Shown here: piece after piece, positions 53,823 through 63,181 of the stretch
Layout of the letters: each line of letters begins with the position of its first letter
Position numbering within the stretch: the first letter of the stretch is position 1
Assembly: GCA_045597865.1 (NCBI GenBank)
Contig: JAZLKX010000028.1
Coordinates: forward strand, 1 to 64,000
Direction of reading: 5' to 3'
DNA: 64,000 bases
DNA from: Bacilli bacterium
GTDB taxonomy: Bacteria > Bacillota_I > Bacilli_A > RFN20 > CAG-826
The notes under the pieces: generated by a model
Databases searched by the model: none
What the model saw: the letters and a program-made list of their open reading frames with translations, nothing else
Told to the model about the DNA's origin: nothing
Program-made: the position numbers and the translations under genes

Positions 53823-54833
53823 TTAACGTCTATCTGATGGTTTCTTGTCGTGAACAAATAATGCCATAACAGCTTTAGCTGTGTGGATTCTGTTCTCAGC
53901 TTCTTGATAGACAACTGATTGTGGTCCATCAATAACTTCATCAACAACTTCGTTAACACGGTCTGCTGGAAGTGCATGCATGTAACGGCAGGTTGGTTTT
54001 GCAAGAGCCATTTTGTCTGGTGTACATTTCCATGCTTTTAAGGCAAGAAGTGCATCATCGACGACTGTGGTTGATTGGTTGGTGACCCATGAACCCCAGT
54101 TCTTTGGGAAGACAACATCAGCATCTTTATAAGCTGCATCCATGTCGTGAGTAATAGTGAGAGATCCACCATTTTCAGCGGCATTTTTGCGGGCTTTTTC
54201 GATAACCCAGTCTGGTAAATCATATCCTTCTGGGTATGCTAATGTGACATCAATTCCGTATCTTGGGAAGAGTAAAACTTGTGAAACTGGAACTGAAATT
54301 GGTTTCTTGTGTGTTGTGGCCATTGCCCAAATAACAGAGACCTTTAAGTTCTTAGTTTTGCCAAATTCATCTTCGATTGTCATTAAGTCTGCTAATGCTT
54401 GCATTGGGTGATATAAATCACATTGTAAGTTAATGATAGGAACTGTTGACCATTTGGCCATTTCACGGATGTATTTGTTTCCGAGTCCCCAGTTACAATA
54501 TCTACAAGCAATCATGTGACCGAATGAAGAAAGAATAACTGCAGTATCTTTTGCTGATTCACCATGAGCAATTTGCATCATTGATGTATCAAGGAATGTG
54601 GCGTGGCCACCTAATTGTGCCATACCTGATTCAAATGAGTTTCTTGTACGTGTTGATTGTTCAAAGAACATCAAGAAACCTGTTTTGCCCTCTAAGAAAG
54701 GCATTGGTTCGTTAGCATAGAAAGCATCCTTCATTTCATGGGATACTTTGAGCATGTAGTCGATTTCTTCCTTAGTAAAATCTTCTAAGGTAATAAGATG
54801 ACGACCTGCGAATCTTGGTTCGATTTTTTCCAT
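53823..54833 (-). CDS. carbamoyltransferase, knotted (YgeW/AOTCase-like) subfamily
   Basis: QSTRT, HPMQ, HALP, EAENR, plus WAMATTHKKPISVP and KNWGS segments typical of knotted transcarbamylases rather than classic ArgF. Confidence 0.85.
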   Translation of the reverse strand: MEKIEPRFAGRHLITLEDFTKEEIDYMLKVSHEMKDAFYANEPMPFLEGKTGFLMFFEQSTRTRNSFESGMAQLGGHATFLDTSMMQIAHGESAKDTAVILSSFGHMIACRYCNWGLGNKYIREMAKWSTVPIINLQCDLYHPMQALADLMTIEDEFGKTKNLKVSVIWAMATTHKKPISVPVSQVLLFPRYGIDVTLAYPEGYDLPDWVIEKARKNAAENGGSLTITHDMDAAYKDADVVFPKNWGSWVTNQSTTVVDDALLALKAWKCTPDKMALAKPTCRYMHALPADRVNEVVDEVIDGPQSVVYQEAENRIHTAKAVMALFVHDKKPSDRR

Positions 54834-54844
54834 TTTCTATACTC

Positions 54845-56065
54845 CTATTTTTGTTTTGCTAAATTCTCGAGGTAAAGTCCTGGAATTGTAGCGTATAAAG
54901 CTGCACAAATGACAAGATCTTGTTTACGTGTCTTTTCATTTGGTGCGTGAGCTTCTTTTTCATCACCTGGGCCGAAGCCTAAGCAAGGAATTCCAAAACG
55001 TCCACAGATTGAGACGCCATTGGTTGAGAATGTCCACTTATCAATAACTGGAGCTTTTCCAAAGAGTCCTTCGTAACCTTGTTTTAAGGATTGAACGTAG
55101 ATTGATTCCTCTGGAATAACCCAAGTTGGGAAGTAACATTCTTGTTTATAAACTAATCCAGTGTAGGCTGGACGTTCATAATCATACATTGTGACTTCTG
55201 CTTTAGCAGCTTTAACTGCTGGTAAGTTTTCGATTTCGGCAATTGATGTCTTATCGTTTTCACCAACTGTTAAACGTCTATCAAGTGAGATCCAGCAACC
55301 ATCAGCAACTGCACAGCGGCTTGGTGATTTGTGGAAAATTTGGGAAATAGTAACAGTACCTTTTCCTAAGAATGGATCATAGGCAAGACCTGTTTCGTTA
55401 AGTTCCTTAACTTGATTAATAATGTCTGCCATTTTGTAAATAGCATTATCGCCACGTTCTGGTGCAGAACCATGGCAGGAAATACCACGGACGTTGACTT
55501 TGATTTCCATACGTCCACGGTGACCACGATAGATTTGGCAGCTTGTTGGTTCAGTTGAAACAACGAATTCTGGTTTAATCTTATCTTGTTCAATAATGTA
55601 TTTCCAGCAAAGACCATCACAGTCTTCTTCTTGAACAGTACCTGTTACAAGAAGTGTGTAATCATCTTCAAGGCCTAAATCTTTAATGATTTTGCCTGCA
55701 TAGACCATTGAAGCCATACCACCTTCTTGGTCTGAAGTTCCACGTCCACCAATGTAGACATCATCTTCAAAACCTTCATATGGATCGAACTTCCAGTTCT
55801 TAATTTCGCCAATACCGACTGTGTCGATATGTGCGTCCATAGCGATGAGGTGTTTACCATGGCCAATATAGCCCATTACGTTGCCCATTGGGTCGATTTC
55901 GACTTTGTCAAAACCAACTTTGAGCATTTCTTCTTTAATGCGGAGAACGACATCTTTTTCTTCACATGATTCTGATGGAATCTTAACCATGTCACGAAGG
56001 AATTTTGTCATATCAGCCTTATATGATTCGGCTTTCTTGAGGATTTCTTCGAATGAAACTTTCAT
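54845..56065 (-). CDS. ygeY: YgeY-family M20 hydrolase
   Basis: [54 protein letters not shown]. Confidence 0.9.
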   Translation of the reverse strand: MKVSFEEILKKAESYKADMTKFLRDMVKIPSESCEEKDVVLRIKEEMLKVGFDKVEIDPMGNVMGYIGHGKHLIAMDAHIDTVGIGEIKNWKFDPYEGFEDDVYIGGRGTSDQEGGMASMVYAGKIIKDLGLEDDYTLLVTGTVQEEDCDGLCWKYIIEQDKIKPEFVVSTEPTSCQIYRGHRGRMEIKVNVRGISCHGSAPERGDNAIYKMADIINQVKELNETGLAYDPFLGKGTVTISQIFHKSPSRCAVADGCWISLDRRLTVGENDKTSIAEIENLPAVKAAKAEVTMYDYERPAYTGLVYKQECYFPTWVIPEESIYVQSLKQGYEGLFGKAPVIDKWTFSTNGVSICGRFGIPCLGFGPGDEKEAHAPNEKTRKQDLVICAALYATIPGLYLENLAKQK

Positions 56066-57435
56066 TATTTGATTTCCTTTCCACGCATTTCTTTAATCTT
56101 CTTATCGTATTCGAAGACTTTGTTATATTCTGCTTCCCAGAATTCTGGTTTTCTCATGGCATCAAGATATTCTTGTTTGTAGCCGAATTTTAACCAGTCT
56201 GATTCTTTTTGTTTGAAGAGTTTTTCTTTAGCTTCTGCTCCACGTGTATCTAAGATATAGGAACCATCAGCGCCCATAAAGACGTCGTTGAACCATCTCT
56301 CTAAAACGTGATCAGTAACTTCGAGTTCTCTATCATGGAGGTTCTTAATGACTGATGGGTATCTATCAAATGAGTCGGTTGCGATTGTAACGACGTTGTC
56401 GTTTGGACCGAGTTTGAGATATTTTGCCATCTTGATAGCTCCAAGAATATTACAAATACCGGAGACACCAAAGAGGTCTACCATTGAATCTGCAACTTTT
56501 GCTGGAACACCATGTGCTTTAAGGATTTCTTTACCTTCATGGATAACTGCTAAACCACGAACACAATCATCATCGATGATTTGGGTGATGAAGTCAGTTG
56601 TTAAGGCGTTGTGAATAAGAGTAATCATCTTATCGCCAATACCTTCAATTCTGTGTTGTCCTAAACCACCATTGGTGAGTGTTGAACATTCATGTGGTTC
56701 AAGAGCTGCAATTTTACATTCTGGGAATGCAACTTTAATTTGGTCGCCTGCTGCTAAAGTACCGGCTGAGCCTGGTGCTGAACAGAAACATGCGATACGA
56801 CCATTACCAATACCTTTAACAGCTTCGATACAGGAATTACCAGTAACGTGTCTGTGGAAACGATAGTTTGGTAAAAGCTCAAATTGAGCTAAAGTTCTAT
56901 TCATTGGGTTCTTCTTAAGTTCGTATGTTCTTTCAAGTGTAAGAATAACGTCTGATTCTGAACCTGGTGTCAAATCAAGTTTTGCACCGTATTTTGAAAT
57001 ACGTTCATATCTTTCTTTTGACATGTTGTCTGGCATAATGACGATTGCATCATATTTCATCAAGTTTGTGATGTAAGAAACGCCAATACCAAAGTTGCCT
57101 GTTGAAGGGCCGAGAATTGTGTGTTTTCCTGGGATAATTTCGCCATCAACACATCCTTCCATAAGTGTTGAATAAGCTGGACCAACTTTGTGTGATCCAG
57201 ATGGAAAATACTTACCAAGTAAGACAACGATATTTGCGTCTACACCTGTAAGTTCCTTAGGAAGTACAATTTTATTAACTTCGTCTTTATCATTCTTCCA
57301 TGTGATATTGAAGAGGTTAATTGGGTCAAGTTCATTTGCCTTGATTGCTTTGAGAGCATCTGCTCTGACTTTAGGATCTTGATGTGATGGATTTAACATT
57401 TCATCATACGTAGGTCCAAATGGAATTTTTGACAT
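56065..57435 (-). CDS. PLP-dependent fold-type II enzyme (cysteine-synthase-like, function unknown)
   Basis: FPSGSHKVG (PLP lysine), [23 protein letters not shown], with a long C-terminal extension. Confidence 0.8.
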   Translation of the reverse strand: MSKIPFGPTYDEMLNPSHQDPKVRADALKAIKANELDPINLFNITWKNDKDEVNKIVLPKELTGVDANIVVLLGKYFPSGSHKVGPAYSTLMEGCVDGEIIPGKHTILGPSTGNFGIGVSYITNLMKYDAIVIMPDNMSKERYERISKYGAKLDLTPGSESDVILTLERTYELKKNPMNRTLAQFELLPNYRFHRHVTGNSCIEAVKGIGNGRIACFCSAPGSAGTLAAGDQIKVAFPECKIAALEPHECSTLTNGGLGQHRIEGIGDKMITLIHNALTTDFITQIIDDDCVRGLAVIHEGKEILKAHGVPAKVADSMVDLFGVSGICNILGAIKMAKYLKLGPNDNVVTIATDSFDRYPSVIKNLHDRELEVTDHVLERWFNDVFMGADGSYILDTRGAEAKEKLFKQKESDWLKFGYKQEYLDAMRKPEFWEAEYNKVFEYDKKIKEMRGKEIK

Positions 57436-57436
57436 T

Positions 57437-58681
57437 TTAAATTGCTCCTTTTTGTCTTAAATACTCATCCAATTTGTCCATGTTAGGTTCAAGTGGATCA
57501 GGCATGGATACCGCCTTTTGTCCGTTGACTGGGTCTTTTAGACCATTACCAGTCACGATAGTAGTAACTGTTTCATTAGGTTTGATGATGCCTAATTCAA
57601 CAGCCTTTTTGATGCCTGCAATTGCGGCAACACCGGCAGGTTCACCGAAGATACCTTCGGTTCTTCCGAGTAAACCCATTGCTTTAATGATATCACTATC
57701 AGGCACTGAAACCCAAGCACCATTACTGAATTTAATTGCATTAAGTGCTTTAATAGGGTTTCTTGGGATGCCAACTGCAATAGAGTCAGCAAGAGTGTTT
57801 TCATCTGCTTCTTTGAGTGGTTCACCTGTTTCACTTGAAATAACAAATGGACAACATCCAGTAGATTGAACACCAAAAATTTTTGGAATTCGTTTGATTA
57901 AACCTAACTTATGGAATTCCATAAATCCTTTGTATACGCCACCAACTGTGCATCCGTCACCAACAGATACAGCTACCCAATCAGTAGGTTCCCAGTTAAG
58001 TTGTTCGGCAATTTCCATAGAAACTGTCTTTTTACCTTCAACCATGAATGGGTTTATGGCAGCATTACGGTTGTACCAACCGTATTTATCGATAGCAGCT
58101 TTAGAAAGTTGGAATGCGGCTTTATAGTCGCCGTCAACTTTCACTAAAGTAGCACCGTATAAACAAATTTGCGTGGCTTTGCCAATAGGTGCTCTTTTTG
58201 GGACGAAAATAACTGCTTTGAGTCCCATATGAGCTGCTTGACAAGCACAGCTTGATGCGGCGTTTCCTGTAGAAGAACAAGCAATAACTTTTGCTCCAGC
58301 TTCAACAGCCTTTAAGACTGCAACACCAGAAGCTCTATCTTTGCTTGATCCACTTGGATTTAAGCCATCATCTTTTACGTATAGCTTTGCTACACCTAAT
58401 TCTTTCTCTAAATTTCTTGCATGATAGAGTGGAGTCCATCCGACTCTTAACATTTCATCGATGTGATCTTCTTTAATTCCCATGATAGGTGCATAACGCC
58501 ACATTGAGTAATTACGGTTGTTAGAAAAGTATTCTTTGGTAAGTACTTTTTTAAGCTCATCGTAATCATAGATTACGTCAAGGATGCCTTTTTCGCCACA
58601 GTGAGGACAGGTTAAACCTACTTCACCTTCTTTAAATTCGGCACCACAGATCGTACAACGATAACCTTTAATATAACTCAT
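57437..58681 (-). CDS. threonine synthase-like PLP enzyme
   Basis: N-terminal CxxC/CxxC, NPSGSSKDR, SSTGNAA, EGKKT, VGDG, TGNGLKD. Confidence 0.85.
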   Translation of the reverse strand: MSYIKGYRCTICGAEFKEGEVGLTCPHCGEKGILDVIYDYDELKKVLTKEYFSNNRNYSMWRYAPIMGIKEDHIDEMLRVGWTPLYHARNLEKELGVAKLYVKDDGLNPSGSSKDRASGVAVLKAVEAGAKVIACSSTGNAASSCACQAAHMGLKAVIFVPKRAPIGKATQICLYGATLVKVDGDYKAAFQLSKAAIDKYGWYNRNAAINPFMVEGKKTVSMEIAEQLNWEPTDWVAVSVGDGCTVGGVYKGFMEFHKLGLIKRIPKIFGVQSTGCCPFVISSETGEPLKEADENTLADSIAVGIPRNPIKALNAIKFSNGAWVSVPDSDIIKAMGLLGRTEGIFGEPAGVAAIAGIKKAVELGIIKPNETVTTIVTGNGLKDPVNGQKAVSMPDPLEPNMDKLDEYLRQKGAI

Positions 58682-59532
58682 TATTTACCTCCTACAACTT
58701 TGTCGATAAATTCTGAAACGATGTTCATTGCAACTTTATGACGGTATTCAGCATTTGAACGTTGGTCATCAATTGGAGTAATGATTTTTCCATACTTCTC
58801 AATGAACTCATTTTTACGAGCTTTTAATTCAGAAACTGATAAGCCAATAATTTCTTTTTCGATGTCATGAGAACGGACTGCTTTAATTGAGACAGAACCG
58901 AAAGATAATGCAAATTTCTCGACGATTTTCCCGCGAATTCCCCAATATCCTGCTACCATGACCTTAGAAATTGAATCGGCTTTTCTTGAGCCAACTTTCC
59001 ACCACATATCACCTAAATAATCAAGTTTTGGGAAGATAAGTTCAGTGATTAATTCATCTGGATGACGATCAATTTTTCTAACGCCAAGAACAAAGTTTTC
59101 GACGTCAACAAGTCTTTCACCATTTACTGACTCAAGTTTAACTTTTGCATCAAGTAAGAAATCAACAACAATTGTGTCACCTGCTGGAGATGCGTTTGCA
59201 AGGTTTCCAGCAAGTGTTGCAAAGTGTCTAATGTTTGCTGATGCAACTTGGCTAACTGCTTTCTTTAATAATGCAGGTGTAAGTTTTGAATTTAAGACTT
59301 CATCAAGAGTTGTGCCAGCTTTGACATGAACTCCTGCTTCGTCTTCATAAATACCTTTTAATTCATCAATGTGTGATGTGTATAAAATGTCTTTATCAAA
59401 CTTAGGTGCTAAACCTGCAGTGTTTTTCTTCATGACCATGAGGTCAGAACCGCCTGCTACTATGTAGCAATCGTGCTTAGAAAGGACTTCTAATGCTTCT
59501 TTTTTAGAAGTTGGAATGTATTTTTCTACCAT
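58681..59532 (-). CDS. xanthine dehydrogenase family FAD-binding subunit
   Basis: AGGSDL, IRHFATLAGNLANASPAGD, PIDDQRSNAEYR. Confidence 0.92.
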   Translation of the reverse strand: MVEKYIPTSKKEALEVLSKHDCYIVAGGSDLMVMKKNTAGLAPKFDKDILYTSHIDELKGIYEDEAGVHVKAGTTLDEVLNSKLTPALLKKAVSQVASANIRHFATLAGNLANASPAGDTIVVDFLLDAKVKLESVNGERLVDVENFVLGVRKIDRHPDELITELIFPKLDYLGDMWWKVGSRKADSISKVMVAGYWGIRGKIVEKFALSFGSVSIKAVRSHDIEKEIIGLSVSELKARKNEFIEKYGKIITPIDDQRSNAEYRHKVAMNIVSEFIDKVVGGK

Positions 59533-59996
59533 AATCCTGCTCCTTTCTTAGCAGCTTTTAAGACTGCTTCAACGATTGCTTGATAACCTGTACATCTGCA
59601 AAGGTTACCAGACATTTCTTCTCTAACTTGTGCCTCGGTTGGATGAGGATTGTGTTTGAGAAGTGAGTAGGCTGCAATGATCATTCCTGGAGTACAGAAA
59701 CCACATTGTGAGCCACCCATTTCAGCAAATGCTTGTTGTAAAACATCAAATGCTTTTGTTTCTTTTAAACCTTCAATTGTAACGAAGTCATGGCCAATTG
59801 CGTTTGCAACTGGAAGTAAGCATGAGTTAACGGATTTGCCATCCATTAAAACAACACATGCTCCACATGAGCCTTCACCACATCCTTCTTTGGTGCCATT
59901 GAGGTGTAAAACGTCTCTAACAACATCAAGGAATCTCATGGATGGATCGACATCAATTTCAACAGGTTTTCCATTCATATTAAAATTAATTTTCAT
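59526..59996 (-). CDS. xanthine dehydrogenase family [2Fe-2S] subunit
   Basis: GCGEGSCGAC...SC, QCGFCTPG, GNLCRCTGY. Confidence 0.95.
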   Translation of the reverse strand: MKINFNMNGKPVEIDVDPSMRFLDVVRDVLHLNGTKEGCGEGSCGACVVLMDGKSVNSCLLPVANAIGHDFVTIEGLKETKAFDVLQQAFAEMGGSQCGFCTPGMIIAAYSLLKHNPHPTEAQVREEMSGNLCRCTGYQAIVEAVLKAAKKGAGLW

Positions 59997-62082
59997 GTTT
60001 CATAACCTCCATAAGATATTCAGGATTTGCAGGGATTTTTGAAATTTTTCGGCCAATTGCGTTCTCAATTGCGAGTGCAACAGCAGGTGCTCCACCAACC
60101 AATGTGAGCTCGCCCATTCCCTTTGCTCCGTTAGCGCCATAGATAAATGGATTATCGATGAATGCTGTTTCCATATGAGGAGCATCTTCAAATGTTGGAA
60201 TGATGTAATCAGATAAGTTTCTGTTTCTCATTCTTCCATCAACACATTTCATTTCTTCTAAGTAGCCATAGCCAAGTCCTTGGAGTAATCCTCCATCAGC
60301 TTGACCTACAGCAATTCTTTCGTCTACAACTCGACCAACGTCATAAGTTGACCAAGTATTTAAGACCGATACTTGATATGTAACTGGATTGAATTCAACT
60401 TCAACTACGTTGACACCCCAAGAATAACCTGGATAAGCATCACCTTGCATTGTATCTTCATCCCAATGGATGTAGCTTGGTCCAACGTAAGGTTCGACGT
60501 ACTCTTGTCTTTCTCCGCTCTTCCAAATTTCTTTTAAGTGTTTTGCACACTTCTCAAATAAGAAGCCGACAATAATTATTGTACGTGATGCAGCTGTTGG
60601 TCCAGAGTCAGGAGTGTGGTCTGTATCAGGTGCTTCAAATGAAACTTGATCTTCTGGGAGACCTAAAGTATTTGAAACAATCTTCTTAAGTGTTGTGCGG
60701 TTACCTTGACCAAAATCAACTGGTGCGGCGTAACAATAAACATGGTCATGTTCATCTTTAACAAGTTTTACTTTGCCGTGAATGATGTCTGACTCACCTG
60801 AACCAGTAAATCCGCAACCATGGAGGAAGATGGACATACCAATGCCTTTATTACAACCTGGTTTTGAATAAGTTTTTAGCTTACGTTTGTAATCTGACAT
60901 CTTCATAGCCTTTTCCATAAGTTCTTTTAGAATGATTGGATCATGGAAATGACCGTTATTTGCAGTTACATCACCTTGCTTTGCAAGATATTTAAATCTA
61001 AGTTCTAGAGGATCAACTCCAAGTTCTTTTGCAACGTGATGAATGAACATTTCCATTGCAAAGATTGTTTGAGGAGAACCGAAACCTCTAAATGCTGCAG
61101 TTGGAGTTGTGTTTGTCATATAGACATCTCCAACAACATCTAAATTTTCAAATACATAAGCATTTGATGAAGCAATTAAAGCACGAGAAAGAACAACACC
61201 AGAGCATCCTTTGTATGCTCCGCCATTTAATCCGACTCTAATCTTTAATCCTAAAATATTGTTGTCTTTATCAACTAATGCTTCATATTCACTAAGTGAA
61301 GGATGGCGTTTTGTTGTGAAAGTAATGTCTTCAGCACGTTCAAAACACATCTTAACTGGTTTATGAAGTGCTAAAGCAGCAACTGCTACTTGTGAGCCAA
61401 TCATTGATGGATAGTGTTCCTTACCACCAAAGGCTCCACCGACTGCTGGTTGGATTACTCTAACTTCGTCATCTTTAAGTCCGCAGGATCTCATAACTGC
61501 ACGCTTAATATAGAAAGGACATTGCATTGAACCTGTGAGTGTGAGTTTATCGTTCTCATCAAAGTAACAAATGATGCCTTGGTTCTCTAAGTAAGCTTGC
61601 TCTTGATAACCTGTTTCGTAAGTATGTTTGATTACCTTAACTGCTTTAGCTTTTGCAGCCTCGTAATCGCCCTTCTTAAATGCCTTGTGAATGTAGCTTT
61701 CAGTTAACTCATAAACAGGGGTTTCTTCTTCATAATCAATTTTGATCTCGGAAGCCAATTTATCCAGGATTTCCTTGTCTTTTCCAACAAAAATACCTAT
61801 GGATTCCCCAATAAAGTTAACTCTTCCAGCTGCAAAGACAGGCCAGTCTGAGAAGATAATATTAACGACGTTTTCGCCCTTAATATCATCAGCACAGAAC
61901 CAGTGATATCCTTCTGGCATTTTAGGAAGTGTTATCTTCTTAATTTTTCCACGAGCCACTGTAGATCTAACAGTCTTCGCGAAAAGCACATCTGGGAAGC
62001 TAATATCATCTGTGAACTTAGCTTCACCACGAACCTTTTCAGGAAAGTCTACCTTTGCTGTGGAAGTTTTAAATTTATCCAT
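59986..62082 (-). CDS. xanthine dehydrogenase family molybdopterin-binding subunit
   Basis: QAYLE, GGAFGGK, AFRGFG, GQG, SGPTAASR, AKGMGE. Confidence 0.93.
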   Translation of the reverse strand: MDKFKTSTAKVDFPEKVRGEAKFTDDISFPDVLFAKTVRSTVARGKIKKITLPKMPEGYHWFCADDIKGENVVNIIFSDWPVFAAGRVNFIGESIGIFVGKDKEILDKLASEIKIDYEEETPVYELTESYIHKAFKKGDYEAAKAKAVKVIKHTYETGYQEQAYLENQGIICYFDENDKLTLTGSMQCPFYIKRAVMRSCGLKDDEVRVIQPAVGGAFGGKEHYPSMIGSQVAVAALALHKPVKMCFERAEDITFTTKRHPSLSEYEALVDKDNNILGLKIRVGLNGGAYKGCSGVVLSRALIASSNAYVFENLDVVGDVYMTNTTPTAAFRGFGSPQTIFAMEMFIHHVAKELGVDPLELRFKYLAKQGDVTANNGHFHDPIILKELMEKAMKMSDYKRKLKTYSKPGCNKGIGMSIFLHGCGFTGSGESDIIHGKVKLVKDEHDHVYCYAAPVDFGQGNRTTLKKIVSNTLGLPEDQVSFEAPDTDHTPDSGPTAASRTIIIVGFLFEKCAKHLKEIWKSGERQEYVEPYVGPSYIHWDEDTMQGDAYPGYSWGVNVVEVEFNPVTYQVSVLNTWSTYDVGRVVDERIAVGQADGGLLQGLGYGYLEEMKCVDGRMRNRNLSDYIIPTFEDAPHMETAFIDNPFIYGANGAKGMGELTLVGGAPAVALAIENAIGRKISKIPANPEYLMEVMKHEN

Positions 62083-63179
62083 TATTTAGCCCCCTTGTGA
62101 TAAGTAAGTGCTTTGACTGGACATTTGCTAACACAAAGACCGCATCTGAAACATTTCTCAGAATTGAACTTTGGAGTTCCGTCCATTTCTATTGCGAAAT
62201 AAGGACAGATTCTGGCACATGTGCCACACTTGCTACACTTTGTAGCATCAACTGTTGGAGCTTCGCCCATTTCATAGCGAAGTTCTTGATGTAAACCTGT
62301 CTTTATAACATCTTCGACTGATTTGAATCCATACTTTTCAAGTGTTGCTGGGAGGTCAGCAATAATCTTGGCATAGAGTTCTTTTCCACGGAGCATAGCT
62401 GCAGACAACATTTGAACTGCACTTGCACCTGCGAGTAAGAATTCGATGACATCACTTGCAGAAGCAATACCACCAACACCAATAACGGTTAAGGATGGTT
62501 CTGCTTTCTTAATTGTATAGACTGTTGCTAAAGCAATATTCTTAATGTATGGTCCAGAGGTCCATGCAAATCCTTTAGCGTTTCCATAAATAATCTCTCT
62601 ATTAGCAATATCAATTTTCATTGATGGTCCTAATGAGTTAACTGCAACAACACCATTTGCGCCATTAACTTTAATTGTATGGGCAAATCCTTCTGGATCT
62701 GGCATATGAGCAGATATCTTCATATAGAATGGCTTTTTGGTAAGTCTTCTAATTGTTGCGACTGTTTCGCCTAATTGATTTAAGTCATTTCCGACGTAGT
62801 GAGTTGAAACTTCGAATGCATCTGCGAATTTATCGAGTAAAGGAATTAACACTTCCATATCTTCTTTGGTATAACCAACTGAAATAATAAGAGGCTTACC
62901 AATTGAGTTTTTCTTATAGAAAGGTAAAAATTCATTAATCCATTTTTCTTTGCTGTATTCTGTCCAGAGTTCACAGTTCATAATGTAATCACGATCGCCG
63001 TAAATACATGGGTGTGGAATGTGAGCATCTTTTGTTGAAATAGTTTTTGCAACAATTGCGCCACAACCTGCAACCTTCTCTAACCAGAGCATTTTTTCTG
63101 CATCGCCAACGACTGGTCCAGCAGCTGGCATAAGTGGATTTTCAAGTACTAATCCGTCAAACTTTGTAGATATGTCCAT
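62082..63179 (-). CDS. dihydroorotate/dihydropyrimidine dehydrogenase-like FMN protein with C-terminal 2x[4Fe-4S] (PreA-like)
   Basis: LENPLMPAAGP, AKT, SGP, IGVGGI, AGASAVQ, CSKCGTCARICP, CFRCGLCVSKCP. Confidence 0.85.
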   Translation of the reverse strand: MDISTKFDGLVLENPLMPAAGPVVGDAEKMLWLEKVAGCGAIVAKTISTKDAHIPHPCIYGDRDYIMNCELWTEYSKEKWINEFLPFYKKNSIGKPLIISVGYTKEDMEVLIPLLDKFADAFEVSTHYVGNDLNQLGETVATIRRLTKKPFYMKISAHMPDPEGFAHTIKVNGANGVVAVNSLGPSMKIDIANREIIYGNAKGFAWTSGPYIKNIALATVYTIKKAEPSLTVIGVGGIASASDVIEFLLAGASAVQMLSAAMLRGKELYAKIIADLPATLEKYGFKSVEDVIKTGLHQELRYEMGEAPTVDATKCSKCGTCARICPYFAIEMDGTPKFNSEKCFRCGLCVSKCPVKALTYHKGAK

Positions 63180-63181
63180 TG

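Noticed and set aside
53823-58681. Reading these genes as arginine, threonine and cysteine biosynthesis (argF, argE, thrC, cysK)
   Set aside because: Motifs match YgeY and knotted carbamoyltransferases, partner biosynthetic genes are absent, and the operon context (xdh, ssnA) is catabolic.
2924-62294. Many plus-strand and alternate-frame ORFs (60-164 aa) in the track
   Set aside because: They overlap well-supported minus-strand genes (shadow ORFs from codon bias), with no recognisable SDs or motifs.
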